From the NCBI GenBank assembly GCA_030141605.1, contig JAQGDQ010000430.1, positions 124,001 to 188,000 of the forward strand: 64,000 nt of DNA, given 5' to 3'. The notes beneath the pieces are model-generated. The model searched no databases, was not told where the DNA came from, and saw only the letters and a program-made list of their open reading frames with translations. Positions within the stretch are counted from its first letter, which is position 1. Each line of letters begins with the position of its first letter. Below are positions 26,518 to 40,055 of the stretch, one piece after another. The position numbers and the translations under genes are program-made. The DNA is from Tubiluchus corallicola. Taxonomy: Eukaryota; Animalia; Priapulida.

Positions 26518-29024
26518 AGAACAACATTTAATCGCAGTCATCAAGTAACTCTGACGGCAGTAAATGTATCAGGTGCTCGACCACCAACATGAGTCATTAC
26601 TTTTATTACCTCGCCCCTGCTTCACTTGACTGACAAATGACAGTAAAAGGAAATAGTAAAGCAGTGGAAACGTCTTGGCATGCAAGAGTTAAGAAGCAAG
26701 GTATTGTCAGCTCACAGGTTTACAACTACTACTAACACTTTCCTTGTATTATTTATACCTGTTAGACCAACACATAAAATAATAATGCCGAATTCCTTTT
26801 GCTACACCGCAGCCGACGGTTGCCTCTGAAATATTTTTATTGGTTGCGGCGAAAAGGTTTTCACACAATAAAATACATTTTTATAATTGTAAAATTGCTT
26901 CAAAAGTCATGCGCTCTCTTCTTGGCTGATTGCAATGTCCTTAGACATAGTGTCAGACTGGTACCTAGCTCTAATTGTTTTCCTTTGTCTAGTATGCCAT
27001 ACTAACGCGTTTGCTTCACCTGGGGCGCTATCTACTAAAATTAATGTAAAACCGATAAAAGTGCGCTTGCGTTTAAGAACTGTTTTATTTTTGTCATTAG
27101 TACACTTTGTATATCACCAAACTATTTTATTATTATTATACACACTCATTTTTGCAGTGTATTTTAATTTAAGCAATAAATTTAAGCTGTAATAAACCTA
27201 TACATAATATAATTTCACATTTTAATTCACTCAATAACTTGTGGTGCCTTGTACAGCTTTAGTACAGCCAAGAAGTGTGGCTGAAATCAGTGTGAATAAA
27301 AACATTTTGATTCCGCATATCTTATGTATGTTGTTTTTTATTTCTGTTTAAGCTTTTTTTGGCTGACAATTACATCCCCTTCTTTACATAGGGAGTTCGT
27401 CGTAGCACACTATATTCCTTCACTGTAGCCCTGCAGAACAGCAAAATGAACACCTTTACAAGCTCTGTTTGTTTCCAGAACCTACTGCTGGGCATGCCCT
27501 ACCACTGGTAACTTACGGCTAGCATAGCACGAAAGTTAAGCCAGTTGGGCGCATTGTCTTCAGCAAAGATCTTGCCTCAAAGCTCGCCGACTCGCTTGTT
27601 CAGAGTTTTTGAGCAGATAAAGCTGGATGAGGATTATACGGTTTATACCTCAGCACGCACTGGGGCAACGTTTAAAGAACAAGCAGGCTTAGAGAGATTT
27701 TATTTCTGCCAACAAGGCAGCCTAGTTGCTCCTGAGCTTATTCTCGTGACAATGACACCAATGGCCAGTGAGTGAGCTGCATAGTTTTTACGAAACCGGT
27801 GTCGCACAAGGAGCCATAGCCTGTCCCTTCATTTTTAATATTGAAATCAATGAACTGTACATGTGTATAAAGCAAAACAATGATGCTTGACAAACTCCTA
27901 GTGAAAATTATTACAGAGAATTTGTTTATTTATTTCCCTATTGTACTATTTATATACATGGACAACAGTAGGACAAAACAAAATATTTACTATACAGACA
28001 TTCAGTTACTAGACGAAATTATTTATTACATGGTAACAGTGATCGTGACATTATTTTAATAAGTTCTTCTATACATACTGCTGAGTCTCTTGATCTTGGG
28101 TAACTATTTAGCAAAAGTTTATTTCAAAATATTATAATGCCATCTACTGACTTGCCTAATTCCTGCTGCCTGCATATGCTCATTACATATAAGATATATA
28201 CTTCGCCCTATTTCTGTTTTTTTCGTATTTATTCAGTGAAGCTAATTATGAAACATTAGCTGGATAAAATTAATGTTATCAGCTTACGATTATTAGTTTA
28301 TGCTAACTGAACATGCCAACACTTACAAATGTCAGGCTGTGAGCTGGATTGAATTAAGAACTGCTACGACGACAAAGGCATGTTCATTTAACGCCAATCT
28401 AAAAGCAGCTTCTTATTGGAAACCAAACTCAGATACGAGTTATTCATGCTTCTTTTTCGGTGAATTTTGGATTTAAAAAATAATAATGTAATCGTACGTT
28501 CATTCCTTCGTTAATCTAGTTTTCATTAATGGCAGTTACTGTTAGGTTATCTGATTTCGTTTTGTTTTAATAATTGTTTTGCAGTTAACAAACCATGCTT
28601 TTCACTTAATGTTCCTTTCTGCATACAACAAGGAATTTATGCTCAGGGCTATGTTTAGCCTGTAGTTGTACATAACAAAACAGAAGCATTTACTTACTAT
28701 AGAGATAGTCATCTGGATTGTGCGATGTAAGCGGATTTAACGAAATCCCGTTTAAAGTTCACTTTTCAGTGAGAAAAATTCTTGAACATTGTAGCTTAAT
28801 ATAAGCGCATAAACGCTGATTTAAAAAGCATGAAGTGACAACTGTAAAATGGATGTCCTACACTTGCCCCTCCCCTCCACCGTCAAAGTTCCACACTCAC
28901 TCTATAATTTTGGACTGCTGTCTGTTAATCCGGTATCAACCGCATTTTATAGGTTTTAAATTTTTGAAGCTACAGCACATTCCCATTTTTGAATATTGTG
29001 TAGACATGTTTAAATCGGAGTATC

Positions 29025-29202
29025 GCTACCACTGCCACCAACAACAAAAATACCACTAACCACCTCCACCAGAATGTCACCAAAACCACCACCACCACCA
29101 CTACGACCGCCACCACTCAACAACAACATAACACATCAACAGCAACAACAGCAGCAACAGCAGCAACAAGAATAACAATAACAACAATAACAACAACAAT
29201 AA
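29025..29202. repeat. (CAC)n/(CAA)n low-complexity tract
   Basis: Direct reading. Confidence 0.8.
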
Positions 29203-29251
29203 TCACACTAACATGCAGTTTATCTAGTAAGAGCCAAAAGCCTGAATTTAA

Positions 29252-29846
29252 AGGAATACAAGATGATTTTTGTTCGTTTAGGCTCGGTTTGGCAAAAAAG
29301 TATGCATTTCGGGAGCAAATGGAAACGCGAAAACGCTTCTGTTAATCAAACAATAAGCCAAAAACTTGCTTAACGGCAGGCGAGCCCAATTAATGATGAC
29401 ATCACAACTGAACATAATTTTCAAAAGTACAAACATTCCACAAGCATGTTGCACGTGTTTGCAAAAGCGAAAATTGAAGTACAGTGCAACTGTAGAACAT
29501 TCAGTGTAATATACTAAAACTCAGCAAATTTTAAGTTTAAAATTCAAATTTCAAGTTTAACTCTATGTTCGTGCATGAGTTCTCCAACTTGTGCACTACG
29601 TCACAAATGAACTGAGAGAACTGTTTTTGTGCAATGCATTTCTGAGATTTAGGCGGTAGTGCCCATCAAACTAGCGAATACTGGAATGTTGTAAGAGCGA
29701 AAAAGTAGCCGCGCGAAAGTATTTATTGCTATTCTGTTGTAATGATTCTTTCACGTACGTCATTCTTGAAAAAAATACGGTCCCTTTCAGTATTTTGTAA
29801 GACAGGTCGTTTTGAGCTACAGTTTAAGACGAGGTCCAATTTTCCT
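29252..29846 (+). mobile_element. Kolobok-like non-autonomous element, copy 2 (subfamily B)
   Basis: TTAA|AGGAATACAAGATGATTTTT ... GGTCCAATTTTCCT|TTAA. Shares the internal motifs tgatgacatcaca, gcgaaaattgaagtacagtgc and tagtgcccatc. Confidence 0.75.
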
Positions 29847-32627
29847 TTAATTAATAACATAAAAATCTACGTTCACTTATGCATTTGACATCCTCCAAAC
29901 TCCAAACTGCCAACACTTGGTGATCCTAAAAAGCAGTCCCACACAAAATTCATGCAAGTGAACGAAGTGCATCAAGACCTGTAATTATGGTGTCACCCTT
30001 AACTCCCTCCCCACCCACCAGCTACAATCAAACTGACTCAAAACACGCTATTTCTCGAACGCGTTCCTTACAATGGGGGGAATTAGCAGCAGTTTGTTAG
30101 AGAATGGACAACAGCAAGGAGTTTATATTCCCTTGCGGGTCCCACGAGGATAATTATTGACCCAGCATTGACCACCGGTGCGGAATGTAAAAGAACAGTG
30201 GTGGTTAGGAAATAGGCTTATCTTTACAACCTGGGAATTGCTTGAATGCCTTATAATTCTGCAACAATGATAATTAAATGGATATTCTAATTCATCTAGT
30301 CACGACTGGAGCGTGAAACCTACTCTGGATAACGTGGAATAATGTATTACCCGTTAACAATTTGCAAAATAAGTGGTATTTTTTTTTTATTTAAGACCTT
30401 ACGCCAAGGTTCACCTGATGTCACATGCCCTGCCTTCTAATCTTCGTAATTAGAAGTTTATAGTTCATAGTTTATTAGAGCCATGAACGCTTAATCACTG
30501 TTGTAACGACCTGGTCTTCTCTTACGATATGGAGGGCATCCTACACGAGTTTCCGGAAAGCCTCTTCAAGCATAGTCGATGGTAGCTGGGGGTACACCAT
30601 CAGAAGAAGTTTGCATATGTAACACATGGATAGCTAACCAATTCACAGAAAAGTTCGTATGATAAATATTAACACTTAAAGACAACTATCTTTTTAATTA
30701 ATTAATATGCTTATCTTATTGTAAGGTAGTTATTACTTATACACTTTGTCTTTCAAAGACAAAGAAATACTTTGTATTCCTATTATCTTTGTAACGAAAG
30801 GACTTTTGTATCAGTTTTGCTATCTGTCCAAAGGTTGTAAAATAAACATGTTTAAACTAAACACTAACTCAAAATATTACGGTTTCAAAATTATACTAAG
30901 AACATAACATAAGCAATACAACAAACGTTACCGTTACAACACGGATTACAATACAAGTTCACAAAACACAATACAATTACAGCAAATAAATATATTTGAA
31001 TTTATTTTTAAGCTGAGTTTATTTCAGAATTTCTTCCATATAAAGTAATTAAAACAGTAGTAAAACAGAAATTAAAAGCATATTGAAGAAAAGGTACAGA
31101 TCTATACAAAAGTTAATAAAAGCACAGACTCGCAATGCCTAAACGATACACGTATCGGCTGCAATTATACATAAACACCGTCAGTAAAACATTTTGTAAA
31201 ATTGTTGAAGTCTATACAAGTTAGATATTTTTTAATTAACTGTGGTAACTAGTTGAATTAACCTCAAAAGAGCAATCTTAGTAAGCGCGTGGTTTAAATG
31301 GTTACTTGTGGGCGCAGATGTCGCTGACATGATTTTATTTTACTGAAAATTATTTTATTTAATTATTTAAGTCTCATAAAACGAAGGTATTTTAACTTGT
31401 TTGTATTGCTTGGGACTTTTATGGCCAGGAAACGAAAGTATATTTTTGCGTCAAATTTATATACGGCACAATTAGCATATTCAAGGGTGGAAATATTTTA
31501 ACAGAGGTTCTTCTGAACCTGTTAGCTAATCCTTTTAATTTTCTATTGCTTTTTCTCTTCAAACGTACATCTGTTGCATATCAGGTCCGTTTCTTAATGA
31601 AATACTGTTTAAAACAATATGCACCAAGTGAAATTATGACCGTTGCCATTAAACTAATGTTCTAAATTATTTTAGTCTTATCCATTGTGAGCATAACTCA
31701 TAAATTAATTTCTTCTGCTGCGCTCATAGCACTGTAATGCATTGTTAATTAGTAATATTATTACTTTTACTTTTGTATGTGCTAAATGGATGAATAAATA
31801 AAGTTAAATGTAAATTTAAAATAAAGGGATTTTTCCACTTATTTGCCTGCTTACGCGGTGTTTGAAATTTAAATGGAACGATAGCTTCATTTTATTTATT
31901 TTCAAACAAAGTTTATTTTTGAATAAGACATTTACACATTGAATGAAATATATTGAATGAGACATTTACACATCATATGAGGTCAATATCTACATGAAAG
32001 AACAGTTACAGAAAGCAGCCTTAACTTCGAGTCTCGCCTCCTTTTTTTGAGTTTGGATGTTCTTTATGCACGCAGGCAACTTGAGAACTCTAACAGAAGA
32101 AAACCCTGGCAGCTTAGATGTTGTGAAGCAAGTCACATTCGCATCTCAAGAGTGTCAGGATAAAATAACATCGCATTCCAGCACACAATAGCGCTTTCTC
32201 TCGAGTGCCTGTTGGCCAAACCAACTAACTCCAAATTACGCCTGAATTTGAAATGTCTGCGAGCTCCATTGAGTTAACTAACAAAATCCAAATCTAAAGT
32301 GTTTTGCCAAGACACAGTGGGACTGTTGTTGAGGGGGAGAATAGGCCTGGAATAACACAATGGCTCAAGTTGCTTAAGGGAATGCCTATAGCCTGGCTTA
32401 AAGCTTGGGTAAGGTTGAAGACAAGCGTTGCAATATTAACGAATGGTGATAAATGATGTGGCTAAACAAACATAGAATGAGCTGAAATTATCGCAGTAAT
32501 TATAAGATAATGGAGACGTGATGATTGTCGTTCTTATCTTCTTAACAATCATCACCTTGTAAGCGGCAGAAAAAAGATCTAGAAACAACCTCTTACAGTC
32601 TCACTTTAATTACTTTCTTATTCTTAA

Positions 32628-33255
32628 AGGAAGACAGGATGATTTTTCATATACTGTTCTATGTTATAGTCCGATAAAAAGTATGATCTTAACGCAGTTA
32701 ATACTGTAAAAGCGTTTGTGATAATTAAGTAATAGATTAAAAACTTAATTAACGGCGGACGAGCCCAACTATTGATGACAAATCAAAAACTGACATAATT
32801 TTCAACAGCAAAAATATTTCACGTGCGTGTTGCACCTGTTCGCGAAAGCGAAAATTGAAGTACAGTGCTACTCAGAAGTAAGATATTCAGTGTGTTGTAC
32901 TAAAACTAGGCAAGTTTTAAGATAAAAATTCAAACTTCAAATTTTAAGCAGTGCTCACGCATGAGCTGTCGAACGTTTGCAGTTCGTCACAAACTAACAC
33001 GTCTGAACTGAGAGGTACAGCATCTGTTTTTGTGGAATGCGTTTCCGAAATTCTGGCGCTAGTGCCCGTCTAATTAGCGAATGACGAAATGCATGTAACA
33101 GCGAAGAGCTACGTAGTGACGCAAACGTGAAATTACGATTGTGTGATAACAATCTTTCACGTAAGTGATTTTTGAAAAAAAAATAGTATGTTTTTTCAAT
33201 ATTTCAAGAGTAAATATTTTTTAACTTACAGTTTAAGATTTGGACTGGTTTTGCT
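32628..33255 (+). mobile_element. Kolobok-like non-autonomous element, copy 3
   Basis: TTAA|AGGAAGACAGGATGATTTTTCATATACT ... CTGGTTTTGCT|TTAA. Close to copy 1. Confidence 0.8.
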
Positions 33256-33564
33256 TTAAAATAATAGTAGCTTTTCTTGAAGGATTTTAAGGTTCTGTCT
33301 TTAGTAAGGTGCTGACACGACTTTAACTCTGGTTGTTCTAGTCGTTCAACTCTAATTTAGCAGGTCTAGCATCGAACATAGCATTCAGTGGCAGAACCAT
33401 GCTTAATGTAAAGGGTTATGGCAGGACTGAGACTTAGGTAATCAAAACGGATCATCCTTTAACCTCTAAAATGAAGTACATGCAGAGATATCTCATCCAA
33501 TTTTGGATACATCATCATCCCTCATAGAGACAAGTGGTCGGGGGAGGGAGAGAAAATAGACAGA

Positions 33565-33650
33565 AAAAGCTTCCCCGAAATCAATTTTTCTTTTGGTCAT
33601 CCATCCATTAAACTCTGCACAGCGCAGCTTAACTTTTGGTCGCTGAGAAC
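33565..33650 (-). pseudogene. Degenerate 5S rRNA-derived fragment
   Basis: ggtcatccatcca...gcttaactt on + reads AAGTTAAGC, 20 nt, GGATGGATGACC on minus, ending in GCTTTT as 5S does. Confidence 0.45.
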
Positions 33651-34867
33651 ACACAACGTAACCATTCGCTTAATCCTCATTTATTTTTACTGTCTTTTCC
33701 TCATAACTAAGTCTTATGTGCCCTTCCGTTTCAATTGTAGTTTATCTTAAATTTTGTTCTTCGCAATCATATTGATTTAGAAAATGTCTCGCTTTTAATG
33801 ATTAAAGCAAAAATATTTACGAAGTTCTTCGTCCTATTTAGAATGTCCAGAGCGAAGATAAAATATTTGCAAAGCAAATAAGCGTCTTATTTAAAATGTC
33901 AGGAATAAATAAATTGTTACCTAATGTGGTAAATGAGTGAAGCAGAATTAATGTAAACATATTTTGACATTCTTACGTACGTTTTGACAATTAAAAAAAG
34001 AGTACTTCAACTGAGTAAACCGATTAAAATTTCAGGCTGAAGGAGTCCCAAATTGCATATAGAGTAATGTTAATATAACTGTTTGTGGCGTGTTACTATA
34101 GCGCAAAATTGTCGAACTGCTTAAAGCATCACGCGACAGTTCAGTCGTATAATTTCTGTGACTTGTAAATAAAAAATGCCCCTCTGTTTGATATAAGGTT
34201 GCATCACTGTTTAAGATGTACATGTATCAGTTAATATAAGGTCGTTGCCCTCAATAAACACAATTAGCCCTAAATGAAAAAATTGAAATTGTAAATGCTT
34301 ATATTTCGGAAGATACACTAAAACATTATAGAGTTTGCCCTAATATAGTACATACGCAATATGAAGTTGTGAACATGCAACGCATTTTGATTTGTAATTT
34401 ATAAAGTTTGTGTCAAGAGCTATTTCGATTGTAGAGTACAACTGAATTAAGTTAATATCCTCCATTATTGTCAGACCTGCTGGAAGTGCATGTTACTTGT
34501 AAAGTGATCCTTGCTTGGTAGGAAGGTCCCCTCGCACGCAATTTAAATATTCGCCATTTAAATGACAATAAAACAAAGGACCCTGCAGCTGAGTTGACGG
34601 TAAAGATACTTTGTCACGGATTCGCAAAATTTGGTGTCGTTCATGCTTCTTATTTATGCAGCCCGACTGGGGATTTGTGCAGTTCCCTGGTGGGTTAATC
34701 AACCAGCTGCCCAAGCAGCTACGTCATGTGTAGATTGTAAAGCTTTTCTATGGCTATAGAAAGCACCGTAGTCTTCTATGTAGTATTTGCCGCGTTAACT
34801 AAATACAGTTAAGGCAAGTATTCAACCGTTGCAGAGGTTTACTAATTTTGCCATTATCAATACTAAA

Positions 34868-35427
34868 ATGTGAAACAAAGCCTTCTCAACTTTTACAAAT
34901 CTAAAACAATGCTCTTTACTCCTTGAAAACAGATCGAGAATGTGAAACAGTGTTTTCACATTTCACTGTTTTCTAACAAATCTAGATTTTGAAACAATGC
35001 ATTTCAATATTCTTGCAGATCTAGACTTTGAAAAAGTGTATTTCAATCTTTCTTAAAAATCTGCACTTTTAGCAATGCATTTCAATCTTTTTACAAATCT
35101 AAAAACAATTCGTTTCACTCGTTTTTTACAAATTTAGATATTAGACTTAGAAATATTTTTTACAAAAATAGATTAACATTTTAAATTTTGATAAATGGCT
35201 AGTCTACGGTTTTAAAAGCTAATTTCTAGATTTGTAAAAAAAGTGTGAAGTTCGTTATTTCAAAGTCTAAATTTGTAAGAACAGAGTTAAAGACACTGTT
35301 TCACATTCGCAATTTAAAAAAAAGAGTTAAAGGCATTGTTTCAGGTTCTAATTTGTTTGAAAAGAGTAAAAAGTATTGTTTTCCATTCTCTATTTGCAGA
35401 AAAGAAATGAAAAACATTGTTTCATAG
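34868..35427. mobile_element. Foldback-like element built from inverted arrays of ~37-bp subrepeats
   Basis: The left arm repeats tgaaacaatgcatttcaatc..tacaaatctaga and the right arm carries the reverse complement. gaatgtgaaacagtgt (34938-34953) is the exact reverse complement of 35293-35308. Confidence 0.7.
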
Positions 35428-35988
35428 TCATGATCCTGGAATATTTTAATCAGAAAATATTTAAAATTGCTTTATAAATGATTTCTAGCAGTTCTGTGTG
35501 GTTCTCTAGCAATGTTGATAAATATATTTTAAAAATCATGCCCAAAATTTGCATTTGCAAAAGTCCTTTGTGTCTTATTATCAAGGTCTATAAGGCTTAG
35601 ATATAATTGAGCACATGGACGCACCTTGTCAAAGATTTTTATCAGACTTACGTTAATTTTCAAGACGCCTGCAAGTTGAACCGCATCTTAATTGCTGCAG
35701 TGGAGTAAGAGTTATCTTTACCTTGCCGACATGACCTGTTAGACGGCTTCCGTCAGTTAGTGGCTTCCCGGGTCGTTTCCTGCAGAAGTAGTGGTTTCCT
35801 GTGGTGAGAGCCCTGGTGTGAACTTGGCTTTGATTGATACAGTGCCGCCGAAATGACAGGCGGGCTTTCAAGAGGTAGCACAGCGGGACAAAATCATAAA
35901 ATGTTGTCTTTCCAGCAGTTTCTGTCCGTGAAAGTTCATAGCATCTCTTCAAGACTCGAGTTCTAGAAACTTTCTATAATCAGTGACG

Positions 35989-36060
35989 ATCATCGTCATC
36001 ATCATCGTCGTCATTATCATCATCATCGTCGTCATCGTCATCATCATCATCATCATCATC

Positions 36061-36110
<50 letters not shown>
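35989..36110. repeat. (TCA)n microsatellite
   Basis: Direct reading. Confidence 0.93.
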
Positions 36111-36318
36111 TGTCAATTGTCATTGCCTTTACCAAGTCCTCAACGACCACTAGGAGGCTTAGAGCTTCTTCAATGGTCACCTCAGTCGCTCATTGTCTCG
36201 TCTTAATGAGGGTTAACTTGATAGTGATCTAGAGTCCGGTTCCACCACAAACATTCGAAACAAAGATTTGGAAGGAATAATTATCGTGTAATAGAGATCA
36301 TATTTATTAAAAAGTTAA

Positions 36319-36923
36319 AGGAAAACATTATGATTTCTTTGTATCATACCTCATTTTGAAGTACGGCAAAGTATACATTTAAGACCGAAGAATGAAAAAA
36401 CTGCTTCTGATAATTAAATATTAGGTTAAAAACTTTTTACTGCAGGCGACATCCAACTAGTGATGACATCACAATTGAACATAAATTTCAACAGCAGAAA
36501 TATTCCACGAGCGTGTTGCACGTGTTTCCGAAAGCGAAAATTGTACAGTGCTATTATGTGATGCCAATGTGCAAAAATTAATTTAAGTTTAAAATTCCAA
36601 TTTCAAATTTATCGTTGTGCTCACGCATGAGCTTTCGGACATATATACTGCGTCACAATTGAACACTTGTGAACGAGAGGTACAGCACCAATTTTTTTGT
36701 ACAACACGTTTCCGAGCTGCAGGCGCTAGTGCCCATCTAACTAACGAATACTGGAATGTTGTAAGAACGAGGAGTTAGCCGGTCGAACGAGAAATTTTGT
36801 TTCCGTGGAAATGATTCTTTCACGGAAGTCGTTCTTGAAAATATAGTAGGCTTGCGTCCCCTTTTAGTATTTTATGGGGCAGATCGTTTTGAACTATAGT
36901 TGAAGATTGTGTCCAGTTTTCCT
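36319..36923 (+). mobile_element. Kolobok-like non-autonomous element, copy 4 (subfamily B)
   Basis: TTAA|AGGAAAACATTATGATTTC ... GTCCAGTTTTCCT|TTAA. Shares atactggaatgttgtaaga with copy 2. Confidence 0.75.
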
Positions 36924-38194
36924 TTAATTGTTGGCTGAAATGATAAAATGTGAAATACTAGAAGGCATTGAAAAGTGGTTTGTGTTTAAACCAATTTATA
37001 TAGCATTTACAGTAACGCATCGTTACGTAAGAAATGGGGCGTCGGCACTCTTGCTGACACAGCTTGCGCCCTCTCCAATAGCTTCCGCTTACTCCACCCA
37101 CTAACAGGAAATGGACTACTCTCGCCCCTGGTTCCCACAGCTTCTCTTTCGACTGCTCCTCCTAGGACAGGAAGTGGTTTCCTCTTTCACCTTACTTGTT
37201 GAACGTGTTACGAACGTCAGTAGCGTCCTGTTAAAAAAGAGGTGTCAAACAACCGTCGGTTAAATGTTTAAACTTTAATTCATTCGTTATTTAAAATGCC
37301 TTTATTAATCACAGCGACTGGATGCATCAAAGAGAGATAATACTACTTTCTGCTCTTAGAATAGCTTACATGTACGTGTGTATTGTAAGATAAAAAGTAG
37401 TGTAGTTAATGCATGTACGTAGCACATATATACAATTATGATATGTAGCACAAAGAATGCTTAAAACCTGTCAATCAACGAGTTACCATTTTGAAATGGT
37501 ACATTAAAACTGATTTGTTATCATTGTTAGTACACAGCAGACGAACAAAACGCGTAATAGATACTATAACGTATTCACAACGCGATTGCTAAAAGCCGTA
37601 CAGAAGTATCAAAACGCTCTGTCTGTTACAGACACGCAATTGTAATTTTTAAGTAGCTTATACGACCATTTACCGATGAATTGAAATAAAGTTAAATCTC
37701 GTAATGTTTTTGCATTTTTGGTCCTAATAGCGCCCTCTAGAAGAAGAAATATCCATATAAAAATAACTATTAAATATAACAACATAAATGTAAGGAGATA
37801 CACGCAACTAACCTTCTGGGCACCTGAAGTATAATATAATTTTTTTGGTTTTTGCCACTAATTTCAATCAAAAATATTCTTATATTATTATTCTTTAACT
37901 TTCTGTTTAAAGGATTATCACATTAAATTAAGTCCTACTATTCTATTCATTAAAAAGGTTATTTACTGACGTTGCCTGTGGGTACCTATGTGGTGTCTCT
38001 GATTTCTACTGCACTCTGGGTGCATTCATCAAGGATATGTCTCTAGCCTATGTACATTACCATGTCGAGTCACTCAGAGCACACACATTTCGCCTGCGAA
38101 TAATAACAAATCCTGAGGTTGTGTCAATAAGCGGCTCGTTTTACTGTGTTTGGACAAAACCTTAGCTGATGATAGATAGACACGTGCTGAAGCC

Positions 38195-39230
38195 TGCCAC
38201 CCGGGATGTAGGTGAGAATTGTCAATATGGATGCTGGAGATTGTCACTCGGGATCATAGCCATGGAGGTGAGAATAGCCAACATACGTGTTGGAAATTGC
38301 CACCCTGGATCAGAGCCATGGAGGCGAGAATAGCCAACATACATGTTAGAAATTGCCACCCTGGATCAGAGCCATGGAGGCGAGAATAGCCAACATACGT
38401 GCTAGAAATTGCCACCCTGGATCAGAACCATGGAGGCGAGAATAGCCAACATACGTGTTGGAAATTGCCACCCTGGATCAGAACCATGGAGGCGAGAATA
38501 GCCAACATACGTGTTGGAAATTGCCACCCTGGATCAGAGCCATGGAGGCGAGAATAGCCAACATACGTGTTGGAAATTGCCACCCTGGATCAGAGCCATG
38601 GAGGCGAGAATAGCCAACATACGTGTTTTAGATTTCCACTTTGGACGACAGCCACAGATGTGACGCTAGTCAAGTCTTGTCTCTAGTCTACATACTTGAG
38701 ATTGCCACTCTGGATGACTTGACATGAAAGTGACACTAGTCATCATGTATGTTTGAGACTGCTACCCAGGCTGACAGCCATGTATGTGAGAATTATCAAC
38801 AGACATGTTAGTGGCCGCTGTGGAGATGACACTGGTCAACACGCATGTTGAAAATTACCACTTTTGATATTAGCCATTAAGATAAGAAAAGTCAACATAG
38901 ATCTATATAGTTGGAATTGCCACACTTGATATCAGCTGTGGAGGTGACATTAGTCAACGCGCATGTTGGAGATTGCCACATTTGATGTTACCTATTAAGG
39001 CTAGAAAAGTCAACTTATGTAGTGGGGATTGCCACACTGACAGTCATGTAGGTGTGAATAGGTAACCGGTATGTTGGAGACTGCCACACTGAATAACAGC
39101 CACAGGAGTGATACTGTTCGACATACACATTGGAGATTGCCACGCAGGCTAACAGCTAAGGATGTGACACTGTTCGACATACATATTGGAAATTGTCATG
39201 CTGGAAAACAGCCAAGAAAGTGACACTGAG
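38195..39230. repeat. 56-bp minisatellite, about 19 units, homogeneous core with diverged flanks
   Basis: Unit atggaggcgagaatagccaacatacgtgttggaaattgccaccctggatcagagcc recurs at exact 56-bp spacing from 38262 to ~38630. Decayed copies extend on both sides. Confidence 0.93.
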
Positions 39231-39847
39231 AATAGTAAAGGTTAGCTTGTGAAAACAGCTACCCGCTAACCGGTGCTGCCCATATTGCAAAGGCGGTGAC
39301 ACAAGTGAAGCAGACAGGAAAATGTTCCGTCTTTCATGTCACAGATACGATGGACTAGCAGGATTTGCTAATGTCGGGACAAATTTCAAATTTAAAATGA
39401 TTAACAATTTTATCCATGATATTGGGTATCATCCATGATGGCCATTGGGTATTAGAAAAAAAACAGATAAAGAGACAGGAGAGAAAGAAACCAGACAAGA
39501 GAAAAGCATTAAGAGTTTCATGAAAACATTACGATCCATGTATGTCCATTTAAATACGAGTTACAACATTAAAATCATTTAACAACAAATCTGCGCCTTA
39601 CAATCAACGGTTATAAATTCCACAGTTTATACGTATTGCCATTCTTCTTTTCCATTTTTTTTCTTTTCCTTTTTCTTTTTTTTTGTTTCCTAAACGTCAT
39701 CTGCTAAGGACGCGAACCACCGTGTTTTCAATTCACCCAGTTGTGTTTACATTTAAAACAAAGAAAAGCAGCTGTGCGCCAGTGCAGGTGAAACTTTAAA
39801 GAGACGTAGGCCTAATTGATACTACGTCAAACACGATTTACGTTTTA

Positions 39848-40055
39848 CGAGGGCGGCTTCAAGAACAAATGGCGCAAAATGATTTCTTGATTATTTCTTT
39901 CAAAATTTTCTATTTCCTTGAGCAATTAATTAAACTTGAGCAATTAATTAAAAACGTCGGATACTTATCCTTTTCGCATCCCTGGTGGTAGCGTCTTTAG
40001 CCCGAGAATATCGTTGCTTAAAATAAGCAGCGTCCTCGTCTTAGAGCCGCCCCTG
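39848..40055. mobile_element. Short GGGCGGCT-type MITE
   Basis: Termini GAGGGCGGCTTCAAG / CTTAGAGCCGCCCCTG, with an internal 18-bp direct duplication cttgagcaattaattaaa. No clear TSD. Confidence 0.45.

Noticed and set aside
30499-30909. Possible solo LTR (TGTTGT...ATAACA with internal AATAAA)
   Set aside because: No TSD, no second copy and no PBS/PPT. Too weak to call.
38195-39230. 56-bp array as a CRISPR array or coding repeat
   Set aside because: No unique spacers, no cas genes, eukaryotic context, and unit length not divisible by 3.
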